Sequence record: MH383160.1
Reading direction: 5' to 3' (one strand)
DNA: 64,000 nt
Under the pieces are notes generated by a model that was given only the letters and a program-made list of their open reading frames with translations, did not search any database and was not told the DNA's origin. Position 1 is the stretch's first letter; each line of letters starts with the position of its first letter. A program made the position numbers and the translations under genes. Positions 46,326 to 56,327 of the stretch are shown one piece after another.

Positions 46326-47819
46326 ATGACATATAGAATGTGGAAAAAAGGTAGAACCAATGATTACAAGTTCATTGATTCTGCCATTGCTGAACAATAC
46401 AACATTGGTGGAGTTGACATGTGGCTTTATGCATATGTCGGTCCAAAACAAGTTGCTGACAACACTGACTTATCCTATGGAGGTGATTATACATCTTCAG
46501 GATCAGTTGTGTCAAGTATTGGCGATTTAATTTTTGGTGACACACCAAACAGAAACTACAACCTTGAAGCTATCACACTTAGTTGTGTCTATCAAGTTCA
46601 AGAAGCAACTCCAGACTTGAAAATCCCAGGATTGTTCTTTAATTTCAACACTATGGACATCACAATCCATTATAATACAATGATGCAGCGTTTAGGTAGA
46701 AAAATCATGCCAGGGGATGTGATAGAACTACCAAATTTACGTGATTTTGATGTATTGGGTAAAGATACAGGTCTAAACCGCTTCTATGTCGTCCAAGATG
46801 CATTTCGTACATCTGAGGGATACTCGGTTACGTGGCAACATCACATTTATAAACTTAGAGTTAAACCGCTAACCGACTCACCTGAGTACTCCGATTTACT
46901 CGGTAACAATAATTATCCTGATAATCCAGATGACCCTAATAATGGTAATGGAAATACCGATGATGGTTCGTCGGAAAACAGTAACTATGGCAATGAAATG
47001 GATATCATGAACCGTATCATCATGCAAGCTGATGATGAAGTACCCTATATTCATTATACAAATGAACATTTGTATGATGATCGACCTGATACAGTAGATT
47101 TATCAAAATATATGCTTAACGGTTATGATTTTCCAGAAGAACCTGCCGATGGAATGTATTTTTTGAAAAAAACATACCCAGTACTCAAAGAGTTTGTTAA
47201 TGATACATGGATTTCTGTGGAAGTCAAGCGTGGAACCATCTTTCCCAGAAAACCAATGGATGGTGACTTCTTCTTTAAAGAAAATGACGCAGATGTGACA
47301 GGTTATACGTTGTATCAATATGATAAAAGTGCTAAAAAATGGTTAAATTGTGATGTAGAATATACTACCAGTGATGTTCCACCAGAAGATGTGGAAGATT
47401 TTTGTATTTTTTATAAAGAACCACACATTTATCAGTATAATGATGACAAGTGGGGGGAACCAAAGGTAACTTATGTCAATGAACCATTCACGTCCAATTG
47501 TGTATATGGTAATATTGATTCGCAACAAGATTATCGTCCTAAAATTCCACCAGCACGAGGTACAGTCCCTGAAGGAAATATGTTCCCAACTGATGCAGTA
47601 GATGGTGACTATTTCTATCGCACCGATTATACTCCAGTTACGTTATGGGAATTTAATGCAACTAAGAATTCATGGGTTATTTTTGATTATGGTGGAAGAA
47701 AACCGTGGGAAGGTGCAGACTTAGCACTTACACAGTTTGTAAATAGTGATAACAAAGTTCCATTACATGACGCAGTTAAACCTAATACTGTTTATCGCAT
47801 ACATAAGGACACAGAATGA
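46326..47819 (+). CDS. Neck / head-completion protein (gp14-like) with C-terminal extension
   Basis: The likely start is MTYRMW at 46326. GVDMWLYAYVG, RKIMPGDVIELP and YVVQDA...HIYKLRVKP; directly upstream of gp15. Confidence 0.65.
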   Translation: MTYRMWKKGRTNDYKFIDSAIAEQYNIGGVDMWLYAYVGPKQVADNTDLSYGGDYTSSGSVVSSIGDLIFGDTPNRNYNLEAITLSCVYQVQEATPDLKIPGLFFNFNTMDITIHYNTMMQRLGRKIMPGDVIELPNLRDFDVLGKDTGLNRFYVVQDAFRTSEGYSVTWQHHIYKLRVKPLTDSPEYSDLLGNNNYPDNPDDPNNGNGNTDDGSSENSNYGNEMDIMNRIIMQADDEVPYIHYTNEHLYDDRPDTVDLSKYMLNGYDFPEEPADGMYFLKKTYPVLKEFVNDTWISVEVKRGTIFPRKPMDGDFFFKENDADVTGYTLYQYDKSAKKWLNCDVEYTTSDVPPEDVEDFCIFYKEPHIYQYNDDKWGEPKVTYVNEPFTSNCVYGNIDSQQDYRPKIPPARGTVPEGNMFPTDAVDGDYFYRTDYTPVTLWEFNATKNSWVIFDYGGRKPWEGADLALTQFVNSDNKVPLHDAVKPNTVYRIHKDTE

Positions 47820-49159
47820 AAATAGATTATTATTATGACGGTCAATTTCGCAGAGTACTGAAACATCTTATCAGAGTTTTTGGTGAATTTCAAGTACAAA
47901 ATGGTATTGATGCTAATGGAAACCCAAAATACAAAAAGGTTCCATGTCGCTATGCCGATATTTCAAGAATGGCAGCAGCAATTATAAATGGGAATAGTGA
48001 AAATGTTCTCCCATCAGCACCTATAATGACCATAAGTGTTAATCAACTAAAGTTGGATCGTAAAAATATTCGTTCTAATGCCAACGAAACTATAGTAATG
48101 GGGTCTAACAAGTCCCCTGCTATTAATGAGTACACAAAAGATCTTGACACACAATACAAAATTGTAAGACATAACCCAGTACCTTGGACTTTTACGTTTG
48201 ATTTGAATATTTGGGTAACTCAAACTCAAACTAAAATGGAATTATTCGAACAAATCTCAACTTTGTTTGCACCTAGTATACAACTTCAATTATCTGATAA
48301 CCCGTTAGATTGGACATCGCTTAGTGATGTTGAACTAATAGATTGTCAGTTTTCTACTCGTGGTTTTCCACAAGGAACTGACCCAGATTTGGATATAATG
48401 GTTTTAACATTTGAAACGACAATATGGTTTTCTTTACCAGCTATTGTTGAAAAACCAAAATTAATCCAACAGATTACTACAAATATTAAAGGTGCTCGTG
48501 ACGAATTTGATTTTGAAATGGGAAATTATTCAGATATAATAACAGATGTTTTTACACCCAAGAATTTATGCATTAAAGTTGAAGAAATTACTAATTCCAA
48601 GTATAATTTACCTGATACATACCAACTTACCTTGGTTAGCCAATCGCTATCTGCGGTTTCTCCCAACGGTGGAATATATTCATGGGAAAAATATCTTAAA
48701 TATCTAGAACCAAATTTTGATGACAAAAAAGTAGGGATTAAATTTCAACAATCTATTGAAGAAGACAACCCACTAAAAGGTCATATAGCGTCGTATGGTG
48801 AAAATGAAGATGCCAACAAAATTATAGTACAGCTTGATAATACCAATTATACTGTTGATTACACTATACATGGGTTTGTGCAGAAAGATTCAGTACTTTC
48901 AAGTGCATTACCTGAACAATATTATGTAAATAACAGTATACATAACATCATTTATAAAGAAACCGAAATCCCATCAAATTATTTGTTTAAAATTACAAAT
49001 GACGGTGCACAATTGATTGATCCATCTACTGTACGAAATTACATTTATAATAAAGAAGACAATGGTTATTATAGATATAATGACAAATTTAAATGGCATA
49101 AAAGTATCATGCCTGTGTATCGTCAGGGATATTGGAAAATAACTTTCACTGACAAATAA
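47816..49159 (+). CDS. Tail sheath stabiliser / tail terminator (gp15-like)
   Basis: YYYDGQFRRVLKHLIRVF, KVPCRYA, PVPWTFTFDLNIW and ELFEQISTLFAP. Confidence 0.8.
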   Translation: MKIDYYYDGQFRRVLKHLIRVFGEFQVQNGIDANGNPKYKKVPCRYADISRMAAAIINGNSENVLPSAPIMTISVNQLKLDRKNIRSNANETIVMGSNKSPAINEYTKDLDTQYKIVRHNPVPWTFTFDLNIWVTQTQTKMELFEQISTLFAPSIQLQLSDNPLDWTSLSDVELIDCQFSTRGFPQGTDPDLDIMVLTFETTIWFSLPAIVEKPKLIQQITTNIKGARDEFDFEMGNYSDIITDVFTPKNLCIKVEEITNSKYNLPDTYQLTLVSQSLSAVSPNGGIYSWEKYLKYLEPNFDDKKVGIKFQQSIEEDNPLKGHIASYGENEDANKIIVQLDNTNYTVDYTIHGFVQKDSVLSSALPEQYYVNNSIHNIIYKETEIPSNYLFKITNDGAQLIDPSTVRNYIYNKEDNGYYRYNDKFKWHKSIMPVYRQGYWKITFTDK

Positions 49160-49172
49160 AGGAGGTGTTGTT

Positions 49173-49637
49173 ATGAATGAAGCGGTTGGTGCTATATTTT
49201 TATCAAAAAGTACTGGACATATGATGTTAAACTTGCGTTCTGAAAGAAGTACCTATTCTAACAACTGGGCATTTGTTGGTGGAAAGCTTGAACATAACGA
49301 AACACCACTACAAGGTCTGATGAGAGAAATTAAAGAAGAGTTGGGCAACTCAATACCTAACATTATTGATATTATACCGTTTGATGTATTTTGTACAAAA
49401 AATGGTAAATTTAAATATTATTCATTTGTTATTGTAGTTGAGAATGAATTTGTACCAACTTTAAATCATGAAAGCTCTGGTTATGCTTGGGTTAGAATTG
49501 GTTCTTGGCCTAAACCATTACACCCTGGTGCTAAAAATACTTTACTTAACACAAACTTAATGAAAGATTTTTACTCACTATGGGAAAGTATACGTGAAGG
49601 TACACAGTTTGTCAACAGTTTACCATATAGATATTAA
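49173..49637 (+). CDS. Nudix hydrolase
   Basis: Nudix box GGKLEHNETPLQGLMREIKEELG. Confidence 0.9.
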   Translation: MNEAVGAIFLSKSTGHMMLNLRSERSTYSNNWAFVGGKLEHNETPLQGLMREIKEELGNSIPNIIDIIPFDVFCTKNGKFKYYSFVIVVENEFVPTLNHESSGYAWVRIGSWPKPLHPGAKNTLLNTNLMKDFYSLWESIREGTQFVNSLPYRY

Positions 49638-49640
49638 AAC

Positions 49641-49669
49641 AAAAAGGAGCCGTGTGGCTCCTTTTTTTT
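49641..49669. terminator. Bidirectional terminator
   Basis: A run, GGAGCC-GTGT-GGCTCC, T run. Confidence 0.8.
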
Positions 49670-50768
49670 ATACTCCAATAATCGGAATACCTGTAATATT
49701 TAACAACACGGATGCTTGTAGTTTAACGGATTCACCAGCAGTTAGATTACTAATGCTACCATCAACTCGAAAACCTAAATTTTTATTTGAGTTTAGAGAA
49801 TTGATAACCCAATTTTCATAATCAGCTTTAGATGTTCCATTAGGATTTGGGATAGATGGATCTACACCATTAATAACAATATTTACGTCCCAGTTTGGGC
49901 GACTACTGGTAATAACATCTTTAATGGATTCTAATTGTGTAATCCTACGTGGGTCTGGCATTTGACTTGCCCCCACCGAACCAGGAACAAAAGTTCCTTG
50001 ATTATCTACATAAAATTGCCCTTTTATAAAAAAGGTTTTGGAATTGTATGGAAGAGAAACTATCTCACCAGAAGAATCATTTACTTCTCTAATCATAATT
50101 TTTAATTCATAGAAATAGTTGCTACCAAATTCAAAGACACCAGTACCATTAGTTAATGTTGTCCAGTTATTTGTATCTACTTGTGAAGTACCACCTAAGT
50201 TAAAATACGCAATAGGTTTAGTACTATTACTTTGTGTGAACTCTATATATTTTTTACCATTATCATAGTTAATATCTAATAATGATGAATACTCTTTGTT
50301 TTCTGGTCTAGATGTTTGAATTTCACGCCATTCTTTGTTTTTCATTAACACACGAAGAGAATCACCGTTACTAGTTAATACCATACGACCCATAACACTA
50401 TTTTCACCATCAGGTACTGTGTTAAAAACAGTAATCATAGGGATAGACGCCCATTCAGCTTCACTTACCATATCAGCAGGTTGTCTAGCATTATCAACTA
50501 ATGATATCAATAACTCACCAGTACTACCAGTGTTTCTATACCAAAGTTGACCATTGACGTTGCCACGTGGTGCAGATGCTGAACTGAAATTTTCAACTAA
50601 ATGTAAAAAGTTTTCATTCCATGCTTGACCGTAACTTACTTTATTTCTACCAACTAAATTTAACGGAACTGGGTTACTTCCGGGCTGGTTTGGTCCTAAA
50701 ATAACATTATTTGGAATGGTAGCATAAACACTACCATTACTTCTATAAATTGTATAATTAACACTCAT
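49668..50768 (-). CDS. Virion structural protein (baseplate/fibre attachment-like)
   Basis: LNLVGRNKVSYGQAWNENFLHLVENF...AP...GQLWY N-terminus, recalled from structural proteins of large T4-like phages. Confidence 0.55.
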   Translation of the reverse strand: MSVNYTIYRSNGSVYATIPNNVILGPNQPGSNPVPLNLVGRNKVSYGQAWNENFLHLVENFSSASAPRGNVNGQLWYRNTGSTGELLISLVDNARQPADMVSEAEWASIPMITVFNTVPDGENSVMGRMVLTSNGDSLRVLMKNKEWREIQTSRPENKEYSSLLDINYDNGKKYIEFTQSNSTKPIAYFNLGGTSQVDTNNWTTLTNGTGVFEFGSNYFYELKIMIREVNDSSGEIVSLPYNSKTFFIKGQFYVDNQGTFVPGSVGASQMPDPRRITQLESIKDVITSSRPNWDVNIVINGVDPSIPNPNGTSKADYENWVINSLNSNKNLGFRVDGSISNLTAGESVKLQASVLLNITGIPIIGV

Positions 50769-50780
50769 TATATGTCCCCA

Positions 50781-51389
50781 TTATTGTAATTGTACACGAA
50801 CTGTGTATTTAATTTGTAAGACACGGTTTGCACTTTTCTCAACTGGGTGAAAAATGATATGGGTTAAAGGAATACCACTATCGCCATCCGTGTACAATCC
50901 CAATTCATCAAATACATAAGTTCCATCCATGCTTGTCCCTGAGCTTACACCTTGGTCGGATGGTTCACCTAACCCTAGAGTACAAATACATACAATATCA
51001 GTATAGGACTGTCCTGGTATATGTACAGTTGTAATATTATTGTATTGTGAATCAATACCTGCCGTAATTCGTGGGTTGATTTTTTTCAAATATGTTTGTG
51101 AATACAAACCACCGAATGATGTAACACGTGGTTTTTTATAAGTAACACGACCAGTACTTAAAACTACTGTACCACCATTACCAAAACGCATCTCGCTAAT
51201 AGAACCAATAGGAATACCAGTACTGTCTTGATTATATGCTAACGCATTAGCAATGGCAGTACTCATATTTTCAGGGTGAATAGCGTTAGATTTATCTAAA
51301 ACGATTTTTTGATTTGATGGATCAGTAACGTCAGTAATTAGGACATGACCTTTAACAAATAGTTTTGGTTGTTCTGTTTCTAATTTCAT
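50781..51389 (-). CDS. Probable baseplate structural protein
   Basis: SNAIHPENMS...FGNGG...YVFDELGLY...THIIFHPVEKSANR; structural gene context. Confidence 0.5.
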   Translation of the reverse strand: MKLETEQPKLFVKGHVLITDVTDPSNQKIVLDKSNAIHPENMSTAIANALAYNQDSTGIPIGSISEMRFGNGGTVVLSTGRVTYKKPRVTSFGGLYSQTYLKKINPRITAGIDSQYNNITTVHIPGQSYTDIVCICTLGLGEPSDQGVSSGTSMDGTYVFDELGLYTDGDSGIPLTHIIFHPVEKSANRVLQIKYTVRVQLQ

Positions 51390-51398
51390 TTCTAATCC

Positions 51399-51896
51399 TT
51401 AGTAGTTAATTAAAATTTGTTCTAACTTCCCAGCTAAACTTTTTTGGACATCTGATGGATACTTACTAATATAATCACGGTCTATACCAACTTTAAGGTA
51501 AGTAAAATTACCAGTTACTGTTTCAGCAAATGTTCCGGTAGTTCCTTGTTGTCTAATTAAATCCCCACCATTTGGATTTAAAATAACCATATCAGTAAAT
51601 TCAAGATAATAATTACAACTTTCAGTGAATTTAATTGGAAACCAATCATCATCAGTAGGATTACTAGCTAATGTAGCTAACACATAAATTCTACCAATAA
51701 AATTACGTAGTGTAAATGAAATAGTATGTAAACCTGTAGTACAGCCATAGTAGCCACCACTTGCGAGTGGTAACGTTTGTTCATTCCAGTGATAATCCAA
51801 GTTAGCTGGATACCAGCTATCAGATTCAGGAAAATCTTGCCATGAACCATCTTTTGTTTTTCTTCTGAAGAGAAAGTCTTTTGATCTTAATGCCAT
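51399..51896 (-). CDS. Hypothetical protein, probably structural (165 aa)
   Basis: First gene of a minus-strand unit with a late-like AATAAATA upstream; beta-rich composition. Confidence 0.55.
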   Translation of the reverse strand: MALRSKDFLFRRKTKDGSWQDFPESDSWYPANLDYHWNEQTLPLASGGYYGCTTGLHTISFTLRNFIGRIYVLATLASNPTDDDWFPIKFTESCNYYLEFTDMVILNPNGGDLIRQQGTTGTFAETVTGNFTYLKVGIDRDYISKYPSDVQKSLAGKLEQILINY

Positions 51897-52006
51897 TGTT
51901 TAAGCCCTTTTAGTAGTGAACTTTCATTTATTTATTAATGATAACGAAATGTATTTTGTACTGATAAATATTGGTATATGACATTAACTCATACAAGGGA
52001 AATATT

Positions 52007-53122
52007 ATGACAATTTCATTTAATGGTTCATGTAATAACTCCGGCATCAAAAGTCTAGTTATTAATGGTGCTGGGCATTTAATTGTAACCTATGCAGATA
52101 ACACAATTCAAGATTTAGGTCTTGTTGTAGGACAGAATGGCGAGAATGGTAAAAACTTTTATCCTAATGAGATTGGTTTTGAAATTCCTTCCGAACAATT
52201 TAAAGTTGGTGAACCACTTGGGTGGTGCTACTTAAGCTTGGCTAACAATACCAGTACTCTATACTTTAAATCAAATGATGCACAAGATCCGACAAGTACA
52301 TGGATTAGTGTTGAGTTTGGTAAAGGTGATACGGGTGAAGCGGGTAAGCCGTTCCACATTGATAGTGCTGGAACTACTTTCCCAACAACTGGTCTTTTTA
52401 ATAACTATACATTTTATAATACTCAAGATGGTAAACTTTATTTCTATCAAAGTGTAACTGCTACTTGGAGTGATGGTATACCTTTCCGTGGTGAACAAGG
52501 TCCGCGTGGTCGTTTCCATATTGATAGCAGTGGTGATCAATTTCCAAGTATTGAAAATCTTCCAGTTGATTATTGTTTTTATAACAACACTGATGGAAAA
52601 CTATATTATGTTGATGAAGTAACTACAACTACCCCTCCTTCAAAAGAGTGGAGTGATGGTATTCTATTCCGTGGTAAAGAAGGTCAGCAAGGTATTCAAG
52701 GTATACAAGGCGAACCAGGTGCACCAGGTAAAGATACAATTTCTATTAGAAATACCATAGATAGCTCATGGACTAACGCACTATTAGTTATTGGTACATG
52801 TCCTGCTGGATATGTAGTTTCTAATATTGATGTAAACGTTATACAACCTTATTCTCTTCCAGTAACTGATATGTTTGTACGTTTTGGTGGTGAAGCACAA
52901 GAAGATATTGGCGGGACGGTAATTGCACCAACTTCCTACTTTGATATCAATCGTCAGATGCGTTTTATTGTTAATGAAACTAATCATGCAGCATCCGATG
53001 TTGATGAAATTATTTCATGTGTATTCAACGATTCTGTTAACAACAGTCCTTATGGAAAAATGGAAATTATTTGTACTCTTTCATGGCAAGCTCCTATCCA
53101 ACCGATTCAAGATAATATTTAA
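52007..53122 (+). CDS. Tail fibre / RBP connector with collagen-like G-X-Y segments
   Basis: The likely start is MTISF at 52007. GQNGENGK, GDTGEAGK, GEQGPRGR and GKEGQQGIQGIQGEPGAPGKD alternate with a repeated F(H/Y)ID..G...P...YNN.DGKLY module. Confidence 0.65.
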   Translation: MTISFNGSCNNSGIKSLVINGAGHLIVTYADNTIQDLGLVVGQNGENGKNFYPNEIGFEIPSEQFKVGEPLGWCYLSLANNTSTLYFKSNDAQDPTSTWISVEFGKGDTGEAGKPFHIDSAGTTFPTTGLFNNYTFYNTQDGKLYFYQSVTATWSDGIPFRGEQGPRGRFHIDSSGDQFPSIENLPVDYCFYNNTDGKLYYVDEVTTTTPPSKEWSDGILFRGKEGQQGIQGIQGEPGAPGKDTISIRNTIDSSWTNALLVIGTCPAGYVVSNIDVNVIQPYSLPVTDMFVRFGGEAQEDIGGTVIAPTSYFDINRQMRFIVNETNHAASDVDEIISCVFNDSVNNSPYGKMEIICTLSWQAPIQPIQDNI

Positions 53123-53136
53123 GGGAGGATGTCATA

Positions 53137-55278
53137 ATGGCAGTATTTTCTAATTTTGAAGGAACTATGCAGCCCAAATTCATATTGGGGAAAAAAGGTG
53201 CTTCAATAAATTTTATCAATGATTCAGTTTCTATAAAAGATTATCTAGGAGAACAGTTCCTACCACTGAAGGTAGGAACTTCATCTGACCCTAATTCAGC
53301 AGTTAACGTAAAATATCTTGAAGATAACCCTAATGCATTATTTGGTGTTGTACCCCCTACCGATGATGTAGGAAAGAACAATAATACGTATTTTCAAATT
53401 GATGAAGATGGTATTGTTGATATTTTTGCAAAAAGTAATGGTACATGGGTAAAATCATTATACATTAATAAAAAAGTTCTATCCAGTAAAAATGGTGGCG
53501 ATTTCATCGGACTTATTACTGGAGGTACAGTTCAACAGGCCCAGTTTTATATAACACCAGAAGAATTTGGTGCTAAAGGTGATGGCGAAACTGATGACAC
53601 TGCTGCTGTAAATTTATGTGCTGCTTATGCTAAAGAAAATAAAATCCAAATTCAGGCTGGTGGTAATTACCGTATCAAAACTGCAATATACCTAGAAGAT
53701 GTAACTTGGTTTGGGGGAACTATTACTGGTAACGGTGGTACTATGGTATCTGTTATTAATTCCCAAATACAATTTGCAACACTTACTGGATGTTATTTAA
53801 AATTCTTCGGTGGCGATGGTAAGTTTTATTTTAATAAATTTATAAACATCACAAGTACTGCTGCATTTTTAATGCAAGGTATGACACAACCAGGAACAAT
53901 AGATTTTTGCTTTAATGAAATGACCCAATGTAAGTATGGTGTTCTTCAACAAGGTACTGGTGAGAAAATGAAGGTTGGTAGATATTCATATAACCATATT
54001 CATGATATCTATGGTGATGCAATTGAACTAAACGTAATTAACTCACATTATCCTGATGGTTTTGTGATTGAAGGAAACGTAATTGAAAACGTTGATGGTT
54101 CTAACGCTCCAATCCCACTTTCAAACTGGGGCATTGGTATTGGCGTTGCTGGTTCTGGTCCTTATGGTTTAGATGCACCAGATACACAATATGTCAGAAA
54201 CTTTGTTATTAAAAATAACAGACTATATAATGTTAGACAATGTATACACGTTGAATTAGGAATGGACTTTAAAATACTTAATAATGAAGTTTATCCATCA
54301 TCTTTAGTTTCTGTTGGTACTGGATTAACCACTGCTGGTGTTATAACTTATGGTTCGAAAGAATTCATTATTGATGGGTTGACTGGTCATTTGCTTAATG
54401 ATCCTTCTATCACAAATAGAATGGTTTCAATAAACTGGGGTGTAACTTCTGGTCGTTTTGCTGGACCACCTAGAAACTTTAAAATTTCTAATCTCTATAT
54501 TCCAGAGTCTTCTATACTTGTTTATACTTCCGGTTCTGATAATTGGTTAAATAATACAGAATTGAGCAATATCACTTGTTCTAAAATCCTTTGGCGTGGT
54601 TTGCCATCATCATCTAAATTTAGTGATATTAGAACTAAAGAATTAGATGTAATTGGTCAACACCTCTCTACCGAAGGCGAAGGTGGTGGTATCTATACTC
54701 GCTCTAAATATACTTATACTAATTGGACTAACTGTGTTGTTCAAGATGATTGTAATGTTTCAAAATATAGTTTTTCTAAAATGTATGTAGACAGAATAGA
54801 CCAATCATCTAATAACTTTAAAGTTACAACTGCAATCGATGGTACAGGTCACCGTGGCCCAGTACTGATACCTGTAGTTGAGCAATATTATATTCCATAC
54901 GATACTTTTCCTGGGGGACGCTATTTCTCTGAAGGCACGATTATTCATAAACAATCGGGTGGAAAATATATTGTAACTGTTGGTGGTTCTTTTTTCGGAA
55001 AATATGACACAATTAGACAAACGGTAGCAGGACAAACATACATAGAAGCATTGGGTGTGTCATGGGGTGAAAACCAATATGCAAAAGCTGCTGGTACTGA
55101 GATCATTATATCCGGTGCTGGTGAAAATGGTGGTGATTTGAGAACGTATATAACTCGTGCAGTGTATGTTGTAAACAACGTATATAGAATTGATATTGCA
55201 GATCCTATCATAACAGCAACTGCCGCTGGTGCAGCATTAAAAGCTGCCCAACCCGTAACTTACATAACCCTACCATAA
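53137..55278 (+). CDS. Tailspike depolymerase, WcaM-like beta-helix (putative colanidase)
   Basis: TPEEFGAKGDGETDDTAA pectate-lyase-like start; GDAIELNV, NWGIGIGVAGS and VRQCIHVELG match motifs recalled from enterobacterial WcaM. Confidence 0.75.
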   Translation: MAVFSNFEGTMQPKFILGKKGASINFINDSVSIKDYLGEQFLPLKVGTSSDPNSAVNVKYLEDNPNALFGVVPPTDDVGKNNNTYFQIDEDGIVDIFAKSNGTWVKSLYINKKVLSSKNGGDFIGLITGGTVQQAQFYITPEEFGAKGDGETDDTAAVNLCAAYAKENKIQIQAGGNYRIKTAIYLEDVTWFGGTITGNGGTMVSVINSQIQFATLTGCYLKFFGGDGKFYFNKFINITSTAAFLMQGMTQPGTIDFCFNEMTQCKYGVLQQGTGEKMKVGRYSYNHIHDIYGDAIELNVINSHYPDGFVIEGNVIENVDGSNAPIPLSNWGIGIGVAGSGPYGLDAPDTQYVRNFVIKNNRLYNVRQCIHVELGMDFKILNNEVYPSSLVSVGTGLTTAGVITYGSKEFIIDGLTGHLLNDPSITNRMVSINWGVTSGRFAGPPRNFKISNLYIPESSILVYTSGSDNWLNNTELSNITCSKILWRGLPSSSKFSDIRTKELDVIGQHLSTEGEGGGIYTRSKYTYTNWTNCVVQDDCNVSKYSFSKMYVDRIDQSSNNFKVTTAIDGTGHRGPVLIPVVEQYYIPYDTFPGGRYFSEGTIIHKQSGGKYIVTVGGSFFGKYDTIRQTVAGQTYIEALGVSWGENQYAKAAGTEIIISGAGENGGDLRTYITRAVYVVNNVYRIDIADPIITATAAGAALKAAQPVTYITLP

Positions 55279-55294
55279 AGGAGATTATATTAAA

Positions 55295-56191
55295 ATGGCA
55301 GTTTTTTCTAATTTAGAAGGAACCATGAAGAAGTCCTTCATTCTTGGGAAGAATGGTGCACAGATTACCACAAATGGTAGTGTTGTGCAAATTCAAAACT
55401 ACACAGGAACACAACTTCTTCCAATTTCAGCAGGTGAACCAACTGCAAACACACACTTGGTTACATTGGGATATTTAAACGCACACAGTGGTGGTGGTAG
55501 TTCTGGTATCTTACGTGGAACAACAGCACCATCCGATTCGATTGGTCTAGATGGTGACGTTTACTTTTTAGTTGATAGTACTAATGTTCTTCAAATTTAT
55601 ATTAAAGACCTTGGTATTTGGAAACCATTTAAAGGAAGCTCACCAGGGACTGATAGCTCATATGTAACTACTGAAATAGTTCCTGTTTCTGCATTTACAT
55701 TAGTACCAGATACTACTGATCATTATACTTATACCCTACCAGAATCAGTTCATGGTCGTGGTTCTGACATTATGATTCAACTACAAGGTGATCCAGGTAA
55801 TGTTGCATTAGAATCAGTATTCCAAACTACAGTAACAGTTAGTGGAATTGGTGATATAACAATTGATGTGATTGGTCAAATCACAGATTATGCAAGTGTT
55901 AAAGTAAACATTATAGGAGCAACAACAATGACAGTACCTTATAGTAAATTGGTAAACCAAGCAGATTGGGTTTCTAGTGCTGGTGATTTTACAATCACTA
56001 TTCCTGCATCTGAACACAATCAAACACCAGATAATTTGTATATTTCAATTTATGCAAATAAAACACCTGGGAGTGTTGCGTCATCTCCATTTGAATTGGT
56101 AGTGACTGATACACAAATTAGTAGTACTGGTGATGTAATCTTCACTTCTGATATTTCTTTCAGTGGTAAGATTGTCATCTCTGGTAAGTAA
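55295..56191 (+). CDS. RBP anchor/adaptor protein sharing its N-terminus with the tailspike
   Basis: MAVFSNLEGTMKKSFILGKNGAQI versus MAVFSNFEGTMQPKFILGKKGASI; shared P.D..G...YF.(I/V)D...I..K..G.W module. Confidence 0.65.
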   Translation: MAVFSNLEGTMKKSFILGKNGAQITTNGSVVQIQNYTGTQLLPISAGEPTANTHLVTLGYLNAHSGGGSSGILRGTTAPSDSIGLDGDVYFLVDSTNVLQIYIKDLGIWKPFKGSSPGTDSSYVTTEIVPVSAFTLVPDTTDHYTYTLPESVHGRGSDIMIQLQGDPGNVALESVFQTTVTVSGIGDITIDVIGQITDYASVKVNIIGATTMTVPYSKLVNQADWVSSAGDFTITIPASEHNQTPDNLYISIYANKTPGSVASSPFELVVTDTQISSTGDVIFTSDISFSGKIVISGK

Positions 56192-56196
56192 AAATT

Positions 56197-56229
56197 AACC
56201 AGACTTGTTCTAAATAAGTCTGGTTTTTT
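56197..56229 (+). terminator. Terminator after the RBP adaptor gene
   Basis: AACCAGACTT...AAGTCTGGTT followed by a T run. Confidence 0.75.
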
Positions 56230-56327
56230 ATTATATTTGCTTTTGTCAAATAACATATTAATTGTTGGATAACAGCATAATAAAACTAAATATATACATA
56301 TTAACAAGGTTATAATGGAGGGTATAA

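Noticed and set aside
49173-49637. Nudix hydrolase within the neck/tail genes as a novel system
   Set aside because: Nudix genes are common in large T4-like phages; nothing in the sequence indicates an unusual substrate or partner.
3851-52006. Upstream-extended starts given by the ORF track (e.g. 4180, 4801, 12340, 22416, 23266, 33888, 46236, 46314, 51971)
   Set aside because: Downstream ATGs have better-placed Shine-Dalgarno sequences, or the extensions overlap promoters or neighbouring genes; shorter starts were used.
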